A stretch of 64,000 nt of DNA, from the NCBI RefSeq assembly GCF_021869535.1, contig NW_026262670.1:5332001-5396000 (forward strand), in the 5' to 3' direction. The position numbers were made by a program, and so were the translations under genes. This document shows, piece by piece, positions 1 through 8,977 of the stretch (position 1 is its first letter; every line of letters begins with the position of its first letter). Below the pieces are notes generated by a model. It was not told the origin of the DNA and searched no databases. It saw only the letters and a program-made list of their open reading frames with translations. The stretch is from Mytilus californianus (lineage: Eukaryota).

Positions 1-481
1 CTTTCTTTGCTGCTGGTTTCTTAGCTTTAGGCTTGGCTGCCTTTTTCTCTCCAGCTGGTTTCTTTGCTGCCTTCTTTTTCTTAGGTGTGCTCTTTGCCTT
101 CTTTGGCTTGGCAGCCTTAGGTTTAGCTGCTTTCTTTGCCTTTGCTGGCTTCTTTTTAGCTTGTTTTGCTTCTCCAATTCTGAAAGATCCGGATGCTCAA
201 GTTCCCTTGGACTGCTTCAAACTGTTGTTCTTAACTCCGGCTCTGAGTGCAAGTTTTAAATGAGCGTTTACTGACTTGGCATCTTTTCCGACGTTGAAGT
301 TGGCCATGATGTACTTCAAAATTGCTTGCCTTGAGGAACCTCCACGTTCTTTCAAAGCAGCGATGGCTTTCCCAATCATCTCGCTGTATTTAGGATGTGC
401 TGAAGGCTTCTTTGGCTTAGCTGCTGCCTTTTTCTTTGGTGATTTAGCTGGTGCTGGTGCTGGTGCTGCTACGTCTGCCAT
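1..481 (-). pseudogene. H1: Histone H1 copy 1 with premature stop (GGA>TGA at 197-199); remainder runs off the window edge
   Basis: Plus strand reads ggatgctcaagttccc, versus ggatgctccagttccc in the other five copies. The ORF track ends at ...KQSKGT (94 aa). H1 sequence continues to base 1. Confidence 0.8.
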
Positions 482-562
482 TTTGAACGATTCAAAATAT
501 TATCCTTTACGAAGTTTATACTACGAATAACGATTTGAAAATAACGCCATTCAAGGCCTCGT

Positions 563-590
563 TTATTTATAACAGACGAACGCGGACCTC
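563..590 (-). promoter_or_regulatory. H1 copy 1 core promoter: TATA box (563-571) and H4-box-like GAGGTCCGCG (581-590)
   Basis: Minus strand reads GAGGTCCGCG...TATAAATAA, 82-109 bp upstream of the ATG. The same motifs occur in copies 2-5. Confidence 0.75.
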
Positions 591-607
591 GACGAAGACA
601 CCCTTAA

Positions 608-1411
608 GATAAGATAAGATAAGATAAGATATTTTATTTCCAATTATGGGCCCCAAAGGGCATAAACATTACAACATCAATATTTTTTTCATAATACAAT
701 ACAAACAATGAGATAAAAAAAAAAAAAAGTTAAACGAGAACTATTTAAGTTCTTAAAGAATACGTAGATAAAGAATCTATAGTATGTTGTTTTTTTTTTA
801 ATACTAATGCATTTTATTGCAAGTGTGGTTGATATAGATAACAAACAAGCAGCCCAAAAAGAAAAAAAGAAAAATAGATATCCACATATGTATAGTACAC
901 AAAAAGTTGGATCAATTAAATATATAATAATTAGCCAAAAAGAAAGTAGAAATTAAACATGTCCATGACTCATCCTGTGTCAGCAGCAAATAGGAAAGCA
1001 TTATGGTTTCCTAAAGGCAGCTGACACCAGGGGGCGATACCTTATGGGCCATAGGCATGTAAAATGTGTGTAAATGTCTCTTTCCTACCTGTATCAAAAG
1101 CAAACAAGGAAGCATCATAGGTAACTTGAATGCAGTTGATACCAGGGGACGATGCCTCAAGGATATAAGAGAACATTTGAATAAATAATATATCTTAAAA
1201 ATTTTTTTTTTTTTAATCGGCTAGTATGTTTGTGATATTCAGATGAATATAATTTTCTATGTCCAATCAAATGTATATACACACATAGATTTCCTTTAAC
1301 TAATCTTCACTAAGGAAGATGTTTGTATATAAAATTACATATTATTTTAAGTAACTCAACATTTTCTACATTAAATAACCAGATAATTTGCTTTGACTGT
1401 TCATATAAAAA
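608..1411 (-). mobile_element. 5'-truncated non-LTR retrotransposon fragment (CR1/L2-like by tail type)
   Basis: Absent from the other units, whose empty site is cccttaaaaataac. CTTAA is duplicated at 603-607 and 1412-1416. On the minus strand it has 33 open codons (FLYEQSKQIIWLFNVENVELLKIICNFIYKHLP*, 1411-1310), a long 3' UTR, AATAAA (633-638) and an (ATCTT)n tail. Confidence 0.8.
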
Positions 1412-1460
1412 CTTAAAAATAACTTGTAAAATCCATTACGCGATCTCGGTAAAATGATTA

Positions 1461-1470
1461 TGTGCTTCTT
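1461..1470 (-). promoter_or_regulatory. H1/AC-box-like AAGAAGCACA of copy 1, displaced 809 bp by the insertion
   Basis: 9/10 match to the H1-box consensus AAGAAACACA. It lies about -115 from the inferred start site in uninterrupted copies. Confidence 0.55.
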
Positions 1471-4362
1471 CGAAGACTTTTATGATAATTTTTAGTATAA
1501 TTCTATCAAAAACATTCACATATAGCATATCAAATTGCTCAACAGTCATTAATCTTGCAGGTTAGATAAACTGTGTATTTTTCAATGATCACAGTAGAAA
1601 GATATTAATAGTTAAAGTAGAACCGACTGATTTGTCTTCGCAGGTATGTTGACAGAAAATTTACGAGTTTTTCTCAATAGAAAAATATTCTACCGTCGTA
1701 AAATTGTGCAGCGGAAGAAATATCATTTCTCTACAGGTTTCTTTCCGTTTTTATTCACTGGACGTATGTTACTCGTCGTAATAAGTTTGTTTTCAGCTGG
1801 AGGGAAACACACAAAAAGTTCACGCGCCATTGTTTGGTTGCAGATTTTTACGAAAACTTCAAAAAACATTTTTATTCAACCTGAGCGAAATTTCACAGAC
1901 ATCCTAGATTCGAATGAATAAAACCAATATCTAGAATATGTATTTGGGATGTCGTTTAATTTAATCTAGCTTTGGGAACTTTTCAGAGAGCGACTTTATG
2001 TACAGTGGATATGAGGCACTAGAAAACTGTGCTTTATGATGCGTCTCTGCTTTTATTTCCATTTTCATGTAAAATTTGAGCACTTCGTGCTCTAAAACTC
2101 GAATATGTCTTGTTGAATATATCATATTTTTCAAAAAATATATGTACTTAATTTTATTATCAATTAAACGATGGTCCGTGCTCGAACTGGCCACCTGAAA
2201 GTTTCAATACAAAATATACCAACCAAACCCAAGATTCTTGTATTTTTATAATTCGAAAGTTGTACACATCATTTGCCTCTAAATTAACAATTACAAAGGT
2301 TCATCTGTTTTTAAAAAAAGGGGGGGGGGGGGGGGGGGTTCACGATGAAGACTCTGGCCATAAATATGCATTTTTCCTATATAGGCTAGGCAAGTATAAG
2401 ACCAGAATCGGTACCGGGTGAAGCAGCATACACACGGACGATTTAAAAGAGACATAAAGACAAAAATCACACCAATGTTAACCATTAGACTTGGGGCAAA
2501 AATAGTCTCCACTGTATTTAACTGAACCCCTTCCCCCACAAAAAAAAATCCCGAGGAAAAGGGGGGTGTATATATTTTCAATGAATGATAGTTGGACTGA
2601 AATATTTGTTACCTATTGCAACATTAACAAGCAGATTTAATGTAAAAAGAATCCCAAAGCAAGATTGAAACGAAGAAAAAGATATTCTCCGTTAAAAAAA
2701 TAAATAAATAGGTTTCTCTATTGTCTGTTGATTTCTGTGAAGGCCAATTAGCATATAGCGTTTAATGGATGTTAGTTCAAGTCTCAACATGCTGTGGGTT
2801 TTTCTTTCTTTCTTAATTTGTAAACCTTTTTTTCTGTTTCTTTTTCATTTTTGTGGAGGATTATTTTTTTTTTTTGGGGGGGGGGAGTAATTGTTTGACA
2901 TGAAATTTAGTTGTTTATGAATAGAACACACACTTTAATAGTAAATCCAAAGTACTATTTAGGTCGTTTTTTATTCCCAGCATGATGGAACTATTTTCTA
3001 CATGTTAGGACAACCTCATGATGTTGACAACCAGTAGAAATTTAAAACTTTTTCTTTCTAGTTCTCTCTTAGTCGTATCAAATCCAGAAAAAAAAGAAAT
3101 AAGAATCAATGTCTATCAAACGTGAATCCTATCCCTCTTTTCAGCTATGGTTAAAAACGTAAACAACAGGACAAGTTTGGCATGTTCTTTGGGACAGAAA
3201 CCCAACAACACCAGATCGATAGATTTTTTATTTCCAATAGAGGACTTAATCTATAATCAAATATTTCATTCTTGGGCTTTTTATTACTTTCTATCTCCTT
3301 TTTTATTTTCTTCTTTAAATGTTTTTATGAATTATCATATTTGAAGCTATTCTTTTCATATTGACATTGAACGCCTTTTCTCTGTCTCAATATACAGTAT
3401 TTATCACAAATGAAGGAAAATGTCTTGGCGAAAAGAGGTGTGTTTGCTGTCCGGGGGTTAGGGTAGTCTTAATTGAAAACGGCAGCAACAAACGTTTCTC
3501 AATGTATACACAAATAAGCGCATTTAATACTGTCAGTCACACATTGTCTGTATATACTAGAAGACTTTGTTTTTCTGTGTCGTTAAGTTGCTGTCATTTC
3601 AATATGAAAATAACCTCTTCTGTTATATTAGAATCCTACAATTTCGTAAACAATCCTTTAAAATGCATGATACATGTTATCAAAGAAATAAACCCTTTTC
3701 TTACCTTTTGTACAAATGTCCGTCCATCCTTGTTTTAGTTCATAACAGTAGACATGCTACGTATGTGACGTCACTGTATTGTTTCTGGTTTATTCATCTC
3801 GCGTGCTTTGAACAGATTAAAATGACATAACAAAGACACAGACAAGTCGTCAAAACACTAAAAAACAGAGAGAAAAAAGAAGAGAAAAACAAACAGGACA
3901 ACCCATTTTAAAGAAACATAAAAGCAAGTAGGTGCATTTATTTCATACACGAGTAAAACAAAGGAAAATTCGAGAGGTGAAGAAAAGTATCAATATGGTT
4001 ACATAATCAGCTATCGTCAATAACAGGAACGCTCCTTTTACTATCCCCCAACCCCAAACACACATCTCCAACGATAGAACCACGATGAAAAGCGAGTCCA
4101 AACATAAAAGACTGATGATATATGAATGTAAGTACACTCGCACTATATATATCTGCATGTAATAAAATGAAAAATAATTGCAGAACTGTTAAATGTTTAA
4201 CAAAAACCTCCATACTTTAGAGTTTCCTGCTAACTTTTAATACACAATTGTAGTAATTTTGACAAAAAAAAAAACAAAAACAAAAAATAACAAACGTCAC
4301 TGCATTCATTTTCTATTTGTTTACTTGTATGTTGACAATACATCTATACATCTTTTGTATTG

Positions 4363-4548
4363 TAAAATTGAGAATGCAAATGGGGAATCATGATGTCAAA
4401 GAGACAACAACCCGACCAAAGAGCAGACAACAGCCGAAGGCCACCAATGGGTCTTCAACGCAGCGAGAAAATCCCGCACCCGGAGGTGGTCCTCAGCTGG
4501 CCCCTAAATAAAATTGTGTACTAGTTCAGTGAAAATGGACGTCACATA
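4363..4548 (+). mobile_element. Fragment of an abundant Mytilus interspersed repeat (Mg1/DINE-like), spacer 1
   Basis: taaaattgagaatg...gtcaaagagacaacaacccgacc...cagctggcccctaaa...gacgtca is recognised from memory as the start of a very common mussel repeat. The family name is not verified. It also occurs at ~8853-10405 (interrupted), 14704-14889, 19203-19388 and 23705-23890. Confidence 0.55.
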
Positions 4549-5169
4549 ATCAGCACATTTTTACAGTATATTAGTACCGAAAAAAGTACTGAGTTTAATT
4601 TAGAGTTACCTCCCCATTGACTAGTTGATATGAAATAGACGTCCAACCTTTGACATTGCATACGTGTAGAAAAAGTCCTCTAAAAAATTTCAGTCAAGAT
4701 GAAAATGAATAAGAAGGGAGAAAAAAATCACATAATGAGAAAAATGAATTAGTTAGTTGAAGTGTTTAAATGTGTGATTTGCCCCCCAACCCCCCCCCCC
4801 CCCCAAAAAAAAAAAGAGAATGAATAAAAAAAAATATCACTTCCTTTATTCTTAGATTGTATTTTAATCGAATATTATTTTGAAAGAATTTTAATCAGTT
4901 CAAAAAATATGTGCGTGAAAGTAAAATGATATATCTTTAATATTTCTTTACTAAAAATAATTTTCCCAAAAGGCAACTGCATAAATGTTAGAAATAGTAT
5001 ACTCTTAAGGAGTGAAATGAAGCAAAAAATGGAAATAATTTGACTGAAAAAAATATTTCAAAGAACAGTGCAAAGTGAAGAAAAAAGAAAAGGGCAGGGT
5101 AGGGCTCAGCTATATTTAGTTTGATAACTAATGTACAACAATTGTAGATTCTTTTTGAACAAATTGGGT

Positions 5170-5185
5170 AGCCCTTAAAAGGGCT
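5170..5185 (-). terminator. Histone mRNA 3' stem-loop, copy 2
   Basis: Minus strand reads CAAA-AGCCCT-TTTA-AGGGCT-ACCCA (6-bp stem, 4-nt loop). A purine-rich HDE-like CAAAAAGAATCT follows at 5146-5157. Confidence 0.93.
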
Positions 5186-5228
5186 TTTGGTGGCTGAATA
5201 GCCTCTGCAGACTGTAGTCTGGAACAGT

Positions 5229-5789
5229 TTACTTCTTCTTTGGTGTCTTCTTGGCTTTTGGTTTGGCTGCCTTCTTTTTAGCTGGTGACTTGGCTGCCTT
5301 CTTTGGCTTGGCTGCTTTCTTTGCTGCTGGTTTCTTAGCTTTAGGCTTGGCTGCCTTTTTCTCTCCAGCTGGTTTCTTTGCTGCCTTCTTTTTCTTAGGT
5401 GTGCTCTTTGCCTTCTTTGGCTTGGCAGCCTTAGGTTTAGCTGCTTTCTTTGCCTTTGCTGGCTTCTTTTTAGCTTGTTTTGCTTCTCCAATTCTGAAAG
5501 ATCCGGATGCTCCAGTTCCCTTGGACTGCTTCAAACTGTTGTTCTTAACTCCGGCTCTGAGTGCAAGTTTTAAATGAGCGTTTACTGACTTGGCATCTTT
5601 TCCGACGTTGAAGTTGGCCATGATGTACTTCAAAATTGCTTGCCTTGAGGAACCTCCACGTTCTTTCAAAGCAGCGATGGCTTTCCCAATCATCTCGCTG
5701 TATTTAGGATGTGCTGAAGGCTTCTTTGGCTTAGCTGCTGCCTTTTTCTTTGGTGATTTAGCTGGTGCTGGTGCTGCTACGTCTGCCAT
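5229..5789 (-). CDS. H1: Histone H1 copy 2 (186 aa; one PA dipeptide shorter in the N-terminal tail)
   Basis: Has the linker-histone winged-helix domain (HPKYSEMI...GGSSRQAI...GTGASGSFRI) and a K/A/P-rich C-terminal tail. Intronless, followed by the stem-loop. Confidence 0.98.
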   Translation of the reverse strand: MADVAAPAPAKSPKKKAAAKPKKPSAHPKYSEMIGKAIAALKERGGSSRQAILKYIMANFNVGKDAKSVNAHLKLALRAGVKNNSLKQSKGTGASGSFRIGEAKQAKKKPAKAKKAAKPKAAKPKKAKSTPKKKKAAKKPAGEKKAAKPKAKKPAAKKAAKPKKAAKSPAKKKAAKPKAKKTPKKK

Positions 5790-5870
5790 TTTGAACGATT
5801 CAAAATATTATCCTTTACGAAGTTTATACTACGAATAACGATTTGAAAATAACGCCTTTCAAGGCCTCGT

Positions 5871-6310
5871 TTATTTATAACAGACGAACGCGGACCTCGA
5901 CGAAGACACCCTTAAAAATAACTTGTAAAATCCATTACGCGATCTCGGTAAAATGATTATGTGCTTCTTCGAAGACTTTTATGATAATTTTTAGTATAAT
6001 TCTATCAAAAACATTCACATATAGCATATCAAATTGCTCAACAGTCATTAATCTTGCAGGTTAGATAAACTGTGTATTTTTCAATGATCACAGTAGAAAG
6101 ATATTAATAGTTAAAGTAGAACCGACTGATTTGTCTTCGCAGGTATGTTGACAGAAAATTTACGAGTTTTTCTCAATAGAAAAATATTCTACCGTCGTAA
6201 AATTGTGCAGCGGAAGAAATATCATTTCTCTACAGGTTTCTTTCCGTTTTTATTCACTGGACGTATGTTACTCGTCGTAATAAGTTTGTTTTCAGCTGGA
6301 GGGAAACACA
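5871..6310 (-). promoter_or_regulatory. H1 copy 2 promoter: TATA 5871-5879, H4 box 5889-5898, H1/AC box 5960-5969, TG box 6304-6310
   Basis: Motifs read directly from the minus strand. Spacing matches known H1 promoter elements if the start site is near 5850. Confidence 0.65.
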
Positions 6311-8977
6311 CAAAAAGTTCACGCGCCATTGTTTGGTTGCAGATTTTTACGAAAACTTCAAAAAACATTTTTATTCAACCTGAGCGAAATTTCACAGACA
6401 TCCTAGATTCGAATGAATAAAACCAATATCTAGAATATGTATTTGGAATGTCGTTTAATTTAATCTAGCTTTGGGAACTTTTCAGAGAGCGACTTTATGT
6501 TCAGTGGATATGAGGCACTAGAAACTTGACTGTGCTGTATGATGCGTCTCTGCTTTTATTTCCATTTTCATGTAAAATTTGAGCACTTCGTGCTCTAAAA
6601 CTCGAATATGTCTTGTTGAATATATCATATTTTTCAAAAAATATATGTACTTAATTTTATTATCAATTAAACGATGGTCCGTGCTCGAACTGGCCACCTG
6701 AAAGTTTCAATACAAAATATACCAACCAAACCCAAGATTCTTGTATTTTTATAATTCGAAAGTTGTACACATCATTTGCCTCTAAATTAACAATTACAAA
6801 GGTTCATCTGTTTTTAAAAAAAGAGGGGGGGTTCACGGTGAAGACTCTGGCCATAAATATGCATTTTTCCTATATAGGCTAGGCAAGTATAAGACCAGAA
6901 TCGGTACCGGGTGAAGCAGCATGCACACGGACGATTCAAAAGAGACATAAAGACAAAAATCACACCAATGTTAACCATTAGACTTGGGGCAAAAATAGTC
7001 TCCACTGTATTTAACTGAACCCCTTCCCCCACAAAAAAAAATCCCGAGGAAAAGGGGGGTGTATATATTTTAAATGAATGATAGTTGGACTGAAATATTT
7101 GTTACCTATTGCAACATTAACAAGCAGATTTAATGTAAAAAGAATCCCAAAGCAAGATTGAAACGAAGAAAAAGATATTCTCCGTTAAAAAAATAAATAA
7201 ATAGGTTTCTCTATTGTCTGTTGATTTCTGTGAAGGCCAATTAGCATAGCGTTTAATGGATGTTAGTTCAAGTCTCAACATGCTGTGGGTTTTTCTTTCT
7301 TTCTTAATTTGTAAACCTTTTTTTCTGTTTCTTTTTCATTTTTGTGGAGGATTATTTTTTTTTGGGGGGGGGGGGAGTAATTGTTTGACATGAAATTTAG
7401 TTGTTTATGAATAGAACACACACTTTAATAGTAAATCCAAAGTACTATTTAGGTCGTTTTTTATTCCCAGCATGATGGAACTATTTTCTACATGTTAGGA
7501 CAACCTCATGATGTTGACAACCAGTAGAAATTTAAAACTTTTTCTTTCTAGTTCTCTCTTAGTCGTATCAAATCCAGAAAAAAAAGAAATAAGAATCAAT
7601 TTCTATCAAACGTGAATCCTATCCCTCTTTTCAGCTATGGTTAGAAACGTAAACAACAGGACAAGTTTGGCATGTTCTTTGGGACAGAAACCCAACAACA
7701 CCAGATCGATAGATTTTTTATTTCCAATAGAGGACTTAATCTATAATCAAATATTTCATTCTTGGGCTTTTTATTACTTTCTATCTCCTTTTTTATTTTC
7801 TTCTTTAAATGTTTTTATGAATTATCATATTTGAAGCTATTCTTTTCATATTGACATTGAACGCCTTTTCTCTGTCTCAATATACAGTATTTATCACAAA
7901 TGAAGGAAAATGTCTTGGCGAAAAGAGGTGTGTTTGCTGTCCGGGGGTTAGGGTAGTCTTAATTGAAAACGGCAGCAACAAACGTTTCTCAATGTATACA
8001 CAAATAAGCGCATTTAATACTGTCAGTCACACATTGTCTGTATATACTAGTAGACTTTGTTTTTCTGTGTCGTTAAGTTGCTGTCATTTCAATATGAAAA
8101 TAACCTCTTCTGTTATATTAGAATCCTACAATTTCGTAAACAATCCTTTAAAATGCATGATACATGTTATCAAAGAAATAAACCCTTTTCTTACCTTTTG
8201 TACAAATGTCCGTCCATCCTTGTTTTAGTTCATAACAGTAGACATGCTACGTATGTGACGTCACTGTATTGTTTCTGGTTTATTCATCTCGCGTGCTTTG
8301 AACAGATTAAAATGACATAACAAAGACACAGACAAGTCGTCAAAACACTAAAAAACAGAGAGAAAAAAGAAGAGAAAAACAAACAGGACAACCCATTTTA
8401 AAGAAACATAAAAGCAAGTAGGTGCATTTATTTCATACACGAGTAAAACAAAGGAAAATTCGAGAGGTGAAGAAAAGTATCAATATGGTTACATAATCAG
8501 CTATCGTCAATAACAGGAACGCTCCTTTTACTATCCCCCAACCCCAAACACACATCTCCAACGATAGAACCACGATGAAAAGCGAGTCCAAACATAAAAG
8601 ACTGATGATATATGAATGTAAGTACACTCGCACTATATATATCTGCATGTAATAAAATGAAAAATAATTGCAGAACTGTTAAATGTTTAACAAAAACCTC
8701 CATACTTTAGAGTTTCCTGCTAACTTTTAATACACAATTGTAGTAAATTTGACAAAAAAAAAAACAAAAACAAAAAATAACAAACGTCACTGCATTCATT
8801 TTCTATTTGTTTACTTGTATGTTGACAATACATCTATACATCTTTTGTATTGTAAAATTGAGAATGCAAATGGGGAATCATGATGTCAAAGAGACAACAA
8901 CCCGACCAAAGAGCAGACAACAGCCGAAGGCCACCAATGGGTCTTCAACGCAGCGAGAAAATCCCGCACCCGGAGGT

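Noticed and set aside
1549-1843. Several plus-strand pyrimidine-CAG|G splice-like signals (e.g. tcttcgcag|gtatgt)
   Set aside because: No coherent exon chain or ORF, and such motifs are common in T-rich DNA. Would need spliced reads.
1955-1992. AATTTAATCTAG plus a weak hairpin resembling a U7 snRNA Sm site
   Set aside because: It mismatches AATTTGTCTAG, the hairpin is poor, and no upstream sequence is complementary to the HDE.
2310-2890. Poly-G/poly-T runs and (CCCCCAA)-like tracts (also ~4780-4815) as G-quadruplex or telomere-like signals
   Set aside because: Simple homopolymers whose length varies between units and is error-prone in sequencing. No TTAGGG array.
1646-4511. Short spacer ORFs (60-125 aa) repeated in every unit
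   Set aside because: Their composition is typical of AT-rich non-coding DNA with no recognisable domain. Some are broken by indels between units, and they recur only because the unit is duplicated.
4988-5491. 167-aa minus-strand ORF MEKQNKLKRS... (and its copies)
   Set aside because: It is an alternative frame of the low-complexity H1 tail that reads through the stem-loop and has no promoter of its own.
5251-5838. Plus-strand ORFs MAFGLAAFF... and MASFPTLKL... (and their copies)
   Set aside because: They are antisense shadows of H1 codons.
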